A stretch of DNA of 64,000 bases from Methanoregula sp. (GTDB lineage Archaea > Halobacteriota > Methanomicrobia > Methanomicrobiales > Methanospirillaceae), in the NCBI GenBank assembly GCA_039698055.1, contig JBDKTL010000024.1:1-64000 (forward strand). The letters run 5' to 3'. This document shows positions 1-8,619 of this stretch, one piece after another. The notes under the pieces are model-generated. The model worked only from the letters and a program-made list of their open reading frames with translations, did no database searches and was not told the origin of the DNA. The position numbers and the translations under genes were made by a program. Within the stretch, counting starts at the first letter, position 1; each line of letters opens with the position of its first letter.

Positions 1-350
1 AAGTCGTCAACATCATGGAGAGTGAAGACCTCAACACCATCAAGGCCAAGATCAACGAACTCAAGGCAAAAGACCCCGGCGCCTTTGCCGCTGACCCCAT
101 CGTGGTCGAGGTTAAGGAAGCCGCTGGCGGCGTCGAAGTCGCCGCTGCCGGTGTTAACCCCCAGTTCCTCGAGATTGAGAAGAGACTGGACAAAATCGAG
201 AAGAGAATCGAGTTCGTTGATGCAGAAATTGCACAACGTGTTGGGAGAAAGATCGGGAGAGATATCGGCATACTGTACGGCCTCGTTGCAGGTTTAACCG
301 TATTTGTGATGCTGTTGTTCCTGCTCCAGAAATTGATGACACAGGTGTAA
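1..350 (+). CDS. mtrA: MtrA/MtrG fusion subunit of tetrahydromethanopterin S-methyltransferase (5' truncated by window)
   Basis: Frame is open from the window edge (VVNIMESEDL...DPGAFAADPIVVEV = MtrA C-terminus) into an MtrG-type segment (IEFVDAEIAQRVGRKIGRDIGILYG + TM); precedes mtrH. Confidence 0.85.
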   Translation, partial: VVNIMESEDLNTIKAKINELKAKDPGAFAADPIVVEVKEAAGGVEVAAAGVNPQFLEIEKRLDKIEKRIEFVDAEIAQRVGRKIGRDIGILYGLVAGLTVFVMLLFLLQKLMTQV

Positions 351-366
351 TTGAGAGGTGTAATAG

Positions 367-1404
367 ATGTTCAAATTTGAAAAAGAACAGAAGGTCTGGG
401 ACTTCAACGGCACCATGATTGGTGGACAGCCAGGAGAGTACCCGACTGTATTAGGTGCTTCAATCTTCTACAACAAGCACGAATGCGTGCTTGACGACAA
501 GACAGGGAAGATCGACAAGGCAAAGGCAGAAGCACTCTGGAACCGCTGTCAGGTTCTCTCTGACATGACCGGTATCCCGCACTTCATCCAGATTATTGCG
601 GAATACGGGGAAGCATTCGAGAGCTACTTCAACTGGTTCGACAGTATCGACAACAAGACCGCATTCCTGATGGACTCATCAGTTCCCGCTGCACTTGCCC
701 ATGCATGCAAGTATGTAACGGAAGTCGGACTTGCAAAACGTGCGATCTACAACTCGATCAACGGTTCGATCCTGCCCGAAAGCATTGAAGCACTCAAGAA
801 CAGTGATGTCGATGCAGCAATTGTGCTCGCGTTCAACCCTGCGGATCCATCGGTCGTAGGAAGAGAGAAGGTTCTTGTTGAAGGTGGCGTTGCAGGGCAG
901 ACCAAGGGAATGCTTGAAATCGCAGAGTACTGCGGCATTACCCGCCCGATTCTCGATACCGCAGCAACCCCGCTCGGTCTCGGTTCCGGTGGCTCATACC
1001 GTGAGATTCTTGCCTGTAAAGCAATCCACGGCTACCCAACCGGTGGTGCATACCACAACATGACCGTATCATGGACCTGGCTCAAGCGCTGGAAGGGAAC
1101 AAGCAAGACCCCGTCAGTCCTCGCAGAAGGATACAAGGGCAAGGATGTCCTGCTCGAACAGATGTCCCACCACTACCTCGGCGGTATTGAGGGTATCAAG
1201 CAGGCTGCATGGTCAGCACCCGATATCGGCTGCAACATGATTGCAAGCACCCTCGGTGCAGACCTCATTATGTACGGTCCAATTGAAAACGTCGAAGCAA
1301 TGATCACCGCACAGGCCTACACGGACATCACCGTCCTTGAGGCAACCCGCCAACTCGGGATCGAGTGTAAGGCAGAAAGCCACCCAATCTTTAAATTAAT
1401 CTAA
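367..1404 (+). CDS. mtrH: Tetrahydromethanopterin S-methyltransferase subunit H
   Basis: MFKFEKEQKV...GGQPGEYPTVL N-terminus, YNSIN and GADLIMYGPIENV motifs; GAGGTG RBS. Confidence 0.97.
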   Translation: MFKFEKEQKVWDFNGTMIGGQPGEYPTVLGASIFYNKHECVLDDKTGKIDKAKAEALWNRCQVLSDMTGIPHFIQIIAEYGEAFESYFNWFDSIDNKTAFLMDSSVPAALAHACKYVTEVGLAKRAIYNSINGSILPESIEALKNSDVDAAIVLAFNPADPSVVGREKVLVEGGVAGQTKGMLEIAEYCGITRPILDTAATPLGLGSGGSYREILACKAIHGYPTGGAYHNMTVSWTWLKRWKGTSKTPSVLAEGYKGKDVLLEQMSHHYLGGIEGIKQAAWSAPDIGCNMIASTLGADLIMYGPIENVEAMITAQAYTDITVLEATRQLGIECKAESHPIFKLI

Positions 1405-1409
1405 ATCTA

Positions 1410-1417
1410 TTTTTTTA
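1410..1417 (+). terminator. oligo-T terminator after mtr operon
   Basis: T-run immediately after mtrH stop. Confidence 0.5.
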
Positions 1418-1649
1418 TCGTTCCCGTCTATTTCGTCGGACTGGTGAAATTCGTAATAACCACCCGCAGGAGTCAAACCGTTTGATCGTATATGATGGTC
1501 TACGCGACCCTATTCAAGCAGTTTGCCGTACGATGTGTCCTTACTTCACCACGGGTACGTAATCGGGAAGGGACGTAAGGGAAAAAGACATGTCCCGGTT
1601 TTTGCCCGGTTGATGCACACGAGAGAAGGATAGCGGACTTTTTTTGGGA

Positions 1650-2273
1650 TTATTGTCCCGTGTGTGAGGGAAAATTCGCCCGTTCAAAACTGGCTTGTGC
1701 TTCTTCATGACGTCCAAGATTTTGTAAAGCCTGTGCTTTGTGTTCCCAGACAAATGAATTTATGGAGTTGTACTCCAGTGCCTTGTCAAATAAAACCAGG
1801 GATGCCTCATTTTTACCCAGTTCCCGCAGGGCAATTCCCTTCGCCGTCATTGCCCGGATGTTGTGGGGGCTTGACGCGAGAATTTGGTCAAAACAGGCAA
1901 TTGCCTCTTTGTACCTGCCAATCTGGTTTAATGCATATCCCTTGTTTGCCCAGGCAAGGGTATACTCCGGATCAAGGGCGATGACATGGTCAAAACAGGT
2001 GATCGCTTCAATATACCGTCCGATTTTTCGCAGGGTATATCCTTTCTCGTACCAAACCGTCGTGAGATCCGGACTGAGGCGGAGTGCCTGATCGTAACAG
2101 GCAAGAGCATCATCGTGCCGTCCGAGATAATAATAGACTTTGCCTTTTTCCTCGTATGCTATTATATTGTTGTTGTCCGTTTCAAGAACCGTATCATAAA
2201 GGAGCAGGGCATCATCGTATCGCCCGATTCTTGTCAGGTGATGCGCTTTCTGGAGAAGTTCTGTCGAGTCCAT
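1650..2273 (-). CDS. Tetratricopeptide repeat protein
   Basis: About six 34-aa repeats of the type W..KG..L..IGRY.EAI.CFD..L. Confidence 0.92.
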   Translation of the reverse strand: MDSTELLQKAHHLTRIGRYDDALLLYDTVLETDNNNIIAYEEKGKVYYYLGRHDDALACYDQALRLSPDLTTVWYEKGYTLRKIGRYIEAITCFDHVIALDPEYTLAWANKGYALNQIGRYKEAIACFDQILASSPHNIRAMTAKGIALRELGKNEASLVLFDKALEYNSINSFVWEHKAQALQNLGRHEEAQASFERANFPSHTGQ

Positions 2274-2335
2274 ATCCCCTCATAGATTACATGCACACCC
2301 GCATGATAATACCTTACGGCAAAAAAATGTATTTT

Positions 2336-3019
2336 TTAGCGGGATCGTGTCCTGCAGAATAACAGCCCGAATATACCGATACCGGCGAACACGACAAGCA
2401 CGGATGATGATGCCGTGGGGGTAGTCATCACGGAGGATACAGGCACGGGGAGAGATGTGGATATAGTCGTGACCGCAGGTGTCGGCGTTACAATAGTTGT
2501 TACTGTGGTGGGTGGAAAAGTAACCGTTTCAACGTGCGCTTCCGGGTTCATCGTATACGATGTCCCTCCGGGGAATGCTATCTGCGACGATCCCGAATCC
2601 CTCAGGTATACGGAGAGGGTCTGGTAACTATGCCCGGCGAGATGTGATTTGTCCACCGGTGCGTTAACCACATAGACCGTGTATGTTCCCGGGTCAATCT
2701 GGGATTCGATCCGGGATGTTTTCCACGTCATCGACCATTGCTGGGAACTGTCGACATCGACCATGGTAAATTGACCCTGGTCTGCCCGCTGCGTAACATC
2801 GGTTAAGGTGACGCCATTTTCCGGAAGGCCCGGACCGGTCATAAACAGGTACACCCGGTTGCTGTCATAGGAGTTGGCATGCAGGATAATCGTATCCCCG
2901 AGATAGCCGTCGTAACTGGCATCTGCCCCGGCTACAGATGCAATGAGGAAGCCGGGGATGAGACAGAGAAGGACACAGGAGAGTGCCATGCGGAGGAAAG
3001 AATTGCCAAGTCGGTTCAT
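2336..3019 (-). CDS. Small surface protein with one S-layer-like domain, Thr/Pro linker and C-terminal TM anchor
   Basis: Signal peptide; YLGDTI..VYLFMTGPGL..DPGTYTVYV resembles a domain of the S-layer protein at 37317-40121; TM followed by basic tail. Confidence 0.75.
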   Translation of the reverse strand: MNRLGNSFLRMALSCVLLCLIPGFLIASVAGADASYDGYLGDTIILHANSYDSNRVYLFMTGPGLPENGVTLTDVTQRADQGQFTMVDVDSSQQWSMTWKTSRIESQIDPGTYTVYVVNAPVDKSHLAGHSYQTLSVYLRDSGSSQIAFPGGTSYTMNPEAHVETVTFPPTTVTTIVTPTPAVTTISTSLPVPVSSVMTTPTASSSVLVVFAGIGIFGLLFCRTRSR

Positions 3020-3152
3020 ATGAGTGTCTGATCATCTATAAACTGCCAGCAGGTTTATTTTTTTTGTACGGCACACCGACAGGATCGGCTAGTAGAGACG
3101 ACACGTCTTGGCAGGTAAAACGGATTTCCATGAAATAAAAAAAAACGGTGCA

Positions 3153-3608
3153 TCAATACAGGCGATAAATGAAAAACCCGTCCTGGATATGTTCGCTTTG
3201 ATCGAAATCCGCGAGAAGATTTTTCCGGTTTCCGCAGGAGAGCATCTTGTTTTTGAGCGGTTCAAGTCCGCACGTGTGATAGATCAGGTTTTTGATCTCT
3301 TCATTTGCCTGCCGGATCTCCCGGGTTTTGATTTTCCCGAGGACATCGGCAGGGTATGCATTGATATCAAAATAGGCAAACAGTGTTTCAAGGGAGATAA
3401 ACCAGAGTTTTTCCTGCACCGCATTTGCCGCTGCCAGTGTTGCCTCAGTATCCGTAAGGACGAGATACGCTTCATCATTCCCGTGAAACAGCGCCCTGTA
3501 CCCGTACAGGATTCCTTTTGATTCACGTAAACTGTCAGGACTGACACCAAGGTATCGGGCAAGCGCTTCGCATTTCTGCTGCATTACCGGATCCTGGATT
3601 TTACTCAT
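3153..3608 (-). CDS. Hypothetical protein
   Basis: 151-aa ORF with protein-like composition, co-oriented with neighbours. Confidence 0.65.
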   Translation of the reverse strand: MSKIQDPVMQQKCEALARYLGVSPDSLRESKGILYGYRALFHGNDEAYLVLTDTEATLAAANAVQEKLWFISLETLFAYFDINAYPADVLGKIKTREIRQANEEIKNLIYHTCGLEPLKNKMLSCGNRKNLLADFDQSEHIQDGFFIYRLY

Positions 3609-3898
3609 CTGTTATCCCCGTAAATTCAGCGTACGTAATCATTGATGCGGCTTGTTTACAATCAGCATGGTTGTATGAGATAATAAGTGCGCTCTTTTTA
3701 TGCCGGGTACTCGTCTCACAAGACAATACTCTGACCTTGTTTCCCTGCAGATTATTAAAAAGGGGGAGGTTCTTGTGGCATTAATCCTCCCAGACAGCCG
3801 TGTGCCAGCGAAATGTGCAACCGACTCCATCAACCCGATGAAATCATCAGGGTTGAATGAAAAAATAAAAAAAAGGTTGGATCTTGCAAAAGGGCTCG

Positions 3899-4507
3899 TT
3901 ACAGATTAAGCGGTTCAAAACCCTGTTTGAATACCTTGCCGAACTGGACGTTTATCTTGGGATCAATGGCACATACCGGACAAACATAATCGTCGGGCAG
4001 ATTGTCGAACTTTGTTCCCGGTTTTATGCCACGATGGGGTTCGCCGCGTGCTTCATCATAGATGTACCCGCAGATGGAACAGACATACTTTGTCGGGCTC
4101 CATTCTTCAAATCCCCATTTGCCAATCCTGCCTTTTCCCTGGTAACCACATACCGGGCAGAGATACGATTCCGGCAGATCCTCAAAGGCAGTCCCTTCCG
4201 GAATTCCGTTATGCGGTTCACCCCGCAGCGGGGAGTAAATGTAGCCGCAGATACGACAGCGGTACCGCTGCATCTTCCGGGCAGGTACTTTTTTTGGTTT
4301 TGCACTTTTTTTAATGGGTTTTGCCGTCGTTTTTCCCGCAAAAACCACAGGGGCTTTTTTTAAGGCTGCCTTTTTTGGTTGTGCAGCGACCATTTTTTTA
4401 GCAGGTGCCGCCGTCATTTTCGCTCCGGACACCGGTTTTGCTTTCACAGATACTTTCTTTTTTGTTATCGATCCAGCCATTCTGGACGTTTTTTTGGTTG
4501 TTGCCAT
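3899..4507 (-). CDS. Two-domain rubredoxin with Lys/Ala-rich N-terminal extension
   Basis: Two CxxCGYIY...CPVC rubredoxin domains; GGTGA RBS before ATG at 4507. Confidence 0.9.
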   Translation of the reverse strand: MATTKKTSRMAGSITKKKVSVKAKPVSGAKMTAAPAKKMVAAQPKKAALKKAPVVFAGKTTAKPIKKSAKPKKVPARKMQRYRCRICGYIYSPLRGEPHNGIPEGTAFEDLPESYLCPVCGYQGKGRIGKWGFEEWSPTKYVCSICGYIYDEARGEPHRGIKPGTKFDNLPDDYVCPVCAIDPKINVQFGKVFKQGFEPLNL

Positions 4508-4741
4508 CAGAACTTCACCCTTCAGGGCTCATTCGTTCTTTTCTTAAAAATTCTGCTTTACGAACAGCCCGTATAGGAGAAGAATAGCAATTGCCGATTC
4601 TTATATATTATGGATGCAGCAATCCATTCTACAAAAAATTGCAGGACTGGCCTTGTACAAACCTCCGGACTGGGGAGAATGCCACGGCGAAAGACCCCGT
4701 CAATTTATCCGTCAGAACTTCCCATACTGTGAATTATTGAT

Positions 4742-5329
4742 ATGGCAGACATCATTTCAGGAGTAATCTATGCATTTGCGGCACTGTTTGTCATTCTTGA
4801 CCCCATCCTGTCAGTGCCGATCTTTGCTGCAATGACCAAGGGACAGACCGCAGTGGAGGTCCACAAACAGGCGTTCATCGCGGTGGCAGTTGCCGGAAGC
4901 CTGATGTATATTTTCCTTGTTTTTAATACGCTGATCTTTGATATTCTCGGACTGACCCTGCCCAGTTTCCAGATTGCAGGAGGTATTCTGCTCTTTATTT
5001 TAGGTATGCAGATGGCTCTTGGAATTGCTTTAGGAACGTCCAAAGAACGGGCTACATCGGCGGCGGGAGTTGTTATTGGCACACCGCTCCTCTGTGGGCC
5101 GGGTGCCATTACAACGGTGATGCTCCTTTCCCGGGATTACGGAATCCTGATCCCGTTCATAGCCATCACCCTTTCACTCATTGCCACGTGGATCATCCTG
5201 TTTTATGCTTCATCAATCCAGCGTATCCTTGGGGATGTGGTTACCGATATCATGGGAAAGGTGCTCGGAATGCTCGTGGCTGCGATTGCCATCAAGATTA
5301 TCTTTGCCGGTATTCTGGCAATGATTTGA
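4742..5329 (+). CDS. MarC family membrane protein
   Basis: LFVILDP, SFQIAGGILLF and PLLCGPGAITTVMLL MarC motifs; ~6 TM. Confidence 0.92.
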   Translation: MADIISGVIYAFAALFVILDPILSVPIFAAMTKGQTAVEVHKQAFIAVAVAGSLMYIFLVFNTLIFDILGLTLPSFQIAGGILLFILGMQMALGIALGTSKERATSAAGVVIGTPLLCGPGAITTVMLLSRDYGILIPFIAITLSLIATWIILFYASSIQRILGDVVTDIMGKVLGMLVAAIAIKIIFAGILAMI

Positions 5330-5462
5330 TAATTGCATCCAGAAAAAACGCTTAAAAAAATTTTGTGAACGAATAGAGGAATATCCCTTTTTTCCTAAAC
5401 GGTTCTTATGATGTTTTTCCTGAAATGATCGATACCCGGCACAAGCGCCCTGCGGTGCCGTA

Positions 5463-6359
5463 TCAGGAATCGCTCTTCAGGGTATATACTTCCACCATAT
5501 GATGGGGGTGATACCGCATTTTTGCTTCCCGCAGCCCGGGGACGCCAAGATCGCTTTCCCGGTTAATATAAGTGAAGTTTTTTGCCAGCACCGCAGCGGT
5601 CTCCGCGTTGATTGCCTTGTATATTCCCTCACAATCAGGCAACCCTTTTTCAAAATGGACAAGAGCTGTATCAGCATTAAGTGGTTCAAACAGGGAGATG
5701 GCTGCAATACGGTCATCCACCCGGATCATCAGGCCCATGATCGATAGTTCGGTGAAATGCTCGATTGCATAGAATACCGCATCTTTCTCGTGGGCAAGAA
5801 CGGTATCATTCTCACAGCCTTTCCATTCGCACCACTTGATGAGAAAACTCATGACCTCGTCCCGGTTCTCCGGGGTTATCGGTTCAACACGGTGCGAGCA
5901 GTTGTGCCGGAATTTGTGTAACTGGTTGCGGATCTTCAGATAATTCCTGCCCTGCAACTCCGCAAGATCGGTTGCCAGGTACACGTACTCGTAATGGTTC
6001 CGGTCCGGCACAAGCGTCATGTCCGGGCATACGTCTTTTATCCACGCCGCAGTATCAGGATCGATCAGCACAACGGGTCTCTCTGGGTCGCCGACATCGG
6101 ATGCAAGGCGGACGAGCGCACGTAAAAGATCCGGATCGTGCGGTCCAATGGGAGCACGAAACCGGGTGATACCATCAATCGTGCTTGCAAGGATCACGTT
6201 CCCGTTAACATAGGCATACCGGTAATGTGCAAAATGGTTCCAGCAGACCATGTTCGTGAACGTGTTGTCGCTGTGCGTCTGGGGATAGCGTGCATAATGC
6301 TGTGCAAAAAAATCCCGGTCGGCAAGAGTGACGGGGATAAAATCATCCTGTTTTAGCAT
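5463..6359 (-). CDS. DUF2156 / phosphatidylglycerol lysyltransferase C-terminal-like standalone protein
   Basis: EYVY...LAELQG, VHFEKG, YINRESDLGVPGLREAKMRYHP motifs. Confidence 0.85.
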   Translation of the reverse strand: MLKQDDFIPVTLADRDFFAQHYARYPQTHSDNTFTNMVCWNHFAHYRYAYVNGNVILASTIDGITRFRAPIGPHDPDLLRALVRLASDVGDPERPVVLIDPDTAAWIKDVCPDMTLVPDRNHYEYVYLATDLAELQGRNYLKIRNQLHKFRHNCSHRVEPITPENRDEVMSFLIKWCEWKGCENDTVLAHEKDAVFYAIEHFTELSIMGLMIRVDDRIAAISLFEPLNADTALVHFEKGLPDCEGIYKAINAETAAVLAKNFTYINRESDLGVPGLREAKMRYHPHHMVEVYTLKSDS

Positions 6360-6791
6360 TTAATCCTCACCACGGTAAATCATCGGGATATGCCCGGTCA
6401 TCCGCTCAAACCCAAGGGGCAGATAGAACTCTTCAAAGTCAGGTTCGGCAATCAGTCCTATCCATGACAGCCCCGCCTCTTTACAGTGTTTGACCAGCAA
6501 GGAGACAATCTTTTTCCCGATACCCCTGCCACGGAACGCCGGAAGGATAACCAGGTCCTGGATATATGCATCAGATACACCATCAGAAAGCACGCGCCCC
6601 ATGCCAACGGTACAGTTGCTGGTGGTTTCAATGGCAACAGCAAACGCAAAACTACCTTTGATAAGACGGGGGATTTCTGCCGGATCGTATTCATCCTTCC
6701 ACCAGCCGCCAGCCCGGTACAGATCGACTATTGCCGGTATATCGTAATGATCGACAAGAGATACGGTAATCTGGATATCCGGTCCGATCAT
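6360..6791 (-). CDS. GNAT family N-acetyltransferase
   Basis: VGMGRVLSDG..AYIQDLVILPAFRGRGIG (motif A), FYLPLGF; start uncertain (6791 or 6818). Confidence 0.9.
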   Translation of the reverse strand: MIGPDIQITVSLVDHYDIPAIVDLYRAGGWWKDEYDPAEIPRLIKGSFAFAVAIETTSNCTVGMGRVLSDGVSDAYIQDLVILPAFRGRGIGKKIVSLLVKHCKEAGLSWIGLIAEPDFEEFYLPLGFERMTGHIPMIYRGED

Positions 6792-6866
6792 TGCATCGCT
6801 CCCGGTAAAAAAAAACATGGATCACGAAGAGTATCTGAATCGACAGACAATTGGATATACGGATAA

Positions 6867-7412
6867 TTATTCCGGACGTGCATGAGCAGTCAGTTGTTCA
6901 ATCGCGATGTCCACGATCGCCCCGAGATCTTCCACTTTCCATTTTTCAGAGTTCAGGATAATATGGTAGATCGAGAGATCGTCAATATGGATGTCATAAT
7001 ACGCACGATATCGTCCTGCTTCGCAGTGTTCCCGTTCGAGCGTGATTTTTTTTGCTGTTTCTTCATCCGCAATCTGATCGCGGAATACAATCCGTTTCAG
7101 CCTGCAGTCAATCGGGGCATACAGCCAGATTTTCAGGTCTGCGTTATCAACCATCCATCCGGAAAGTCTGCCTTCAACGATTATGTTGTTCTTCTGTGCG
7201 GCGATCTCTTTCTGGCGCTGGTCAATCATCTTGTCGTAAGAGGGGTCTGTTTCTGCAAGATGCCCGAACTCTGCAAGATCCATGTTGTGCTCTTTTGCAC
7301 ACAGCCGGAAAACCTCTCCGGCCGAGATCATCTCAAACCCATGACGCTTGGCAAGGTACCGTGAGAGTGAGGTCGTCCCGCTGCCGGGAAGCCCGCTCAC
7401 GGTGATCCGCAT
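6867..7412 (-). CDS. cmk: Cytidylate kinase (archaeal)
   Basis: ITVSGLPGSGTTS P-loop, EGRLSGW; usual position after DUF106. Confidence 0.93.
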   Translation of the reverse strand: MRITVSGLPGSGTTSLSRYLAKRHGFEMISAGEVFRLCAKEHNMDLAEFGHLAETDPSYDKMIDQRQKEIAAQKNNIIVEGRLSGWMVDNADLKIWLYAPIDCRLKRIVFRDQIADEETAKKITLEREHCEAGRYRAYYDIHIDDLSIYHIILNSEKWKVEDLGAIVDIAIEQLTAHARPE

Positions 7413-8023
7413 CAGATTCCCCCAATATTAAGGGCTTTCCTGATAACCTGGCTCAGCGCAATGGAGCAGATCATGTACCACAGCATCCATGCCGGAACGA
7501 TCCAGAGAACAGGAGCAGTCAGACTCTGGACGCCATAATACGGGAGAGTGATGGTTGTAGTAACTTCACTTAAACGAAAGAGCAGCCAGAAGAAGATCGG
7601 GACGGTGAGAACAAGGATATATGCCATCGGTTTGAACTGCTGCTGCGACATCTCCATCTGTTCCCGCATTACTTTTTGCTGTTTTGCCTCCATCTTCTTG
7701 ATCTTCTTTTCGTCCTGCGACAACTGCACTTCACGGAATTCTTTCTGGAACTCTTTCATCCGCTCCTGTGTTTCTGCCATCCGCTCATAATCGATGGTGT
7801 ATTTCTGGATGATCGAAGAATACAGGCCTGTCAGTGCGGACAGGATCACGATCAGGATAAAGAACGGGATTTTAAACTCAGTCACGAACGGGGAAAACAC
7901 CAGATCGATGCTTCTCCCCACACCAATGCGCAGCCATTCAATGCTGTAGGAAAACATCATCAGCATCATGAAGAGCAGTGCAACGTATAATCCGTATTTG
8001 TCCCAGAATTTTCCAAAATCCAT
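7412..8023 (-). CDS. DUF106 (EMC3/TMCO1/Oxa1 superfamily) membrane protein
   Basis: TM-coiled coil-TM layout, QFKPM and WYMICS motifs; follows adk; GGTGA RBS. Confidence 0.9.
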   Translation of the reverse strand: MDFGKFWDKYGLYVALLFMMLMMFSYSIEWLRIGVGRSIDLVFSPFVTEFKIPFFILIVILSALTGLYSSIIQKYTIDYERMAETQERMKEFQKEFREVQLSQDEKKIKKMEAKQQKVMREQMEMSQQQFKPMAYILVLTVPIFFWLLFRLSEVTTTITLPYYGVQSLTAPVLWIVPAWMLWYMICSIALSQVIRKALNIGGI

Positions 8024-8027
8024 GAAT

Positions 8028-8600
8028 TCACCTAAGGGTTTCAACTAAATTCTGCGATGCCTGCTCCAGCAGGAAATCGGCGTTGGTAATGATTTTAATG
8101 GTGCTTCCCGTCACCATTGCATATGCAGCAGCAATTGACCGGTTGAACTGCTGGTGTTCGGCTATTGAGCGTGAACCTTCTTTGTCCCGCATGCGGGTTT
8201 CATCGGAAAGCCGGCGCATGAGGATCTGGTCATCATCTGTCTCAACAAGGACGATAATATCAGGCATAATCTCGCGCAGCACCCATTCGGGAAGCCCCGC
8301 GAGATAGCCTTTTGGTGTTTTGACAGATGCATGCGTATCGATCAGCACATTGCCCGGAATCTTTGCGATTGCCTGGGCTGCAAACTGCTGCAACCGTTTC
8401 TGGACGGTGCGATCGAGTGCCCGCATCTGGTCGCGATCCTGCACGATTCCTTCAGATTTTGCCACCTCGAACATGAAGGTGCCAAAGTTGATCGGCTGGT
8501 ATTCGACTCCTTCTTCCCTGAGTTTCTTTAATGCCTCGTTGACAACCGTCGTTTTACCAACGCCCGGAACTCCGGTGATAATGACTTTTTTTCCTGCCAT
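8028..8600 (-). CDS. adkA: Adenylate kinase (archaeal)
   Basis: ITGVPGVGKTT, DTHA..KTPKGYLAGLP; follows secY. Confidence 0.95.
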   Translation of the reverse strand: MAGKKVIITGVPGVGKTTVVNEALKKLREEGVEYQPINFGTFMFEVAKSEGIVQDRDQMRALDRTVQKRLQQFAAQAIAKIPGNVLIDTHASVKTPKGYLAGLPEWVLREIMPDIIVLVETDDDQILMRRLSDETRMRDKEGSRSIAEHQQFNRSIAAAYAMVTGSTIKIITNADFLLEQASQNLVETLR

Positions 8601-8619
8601 TCTCGTCCCTTTCCACTTT

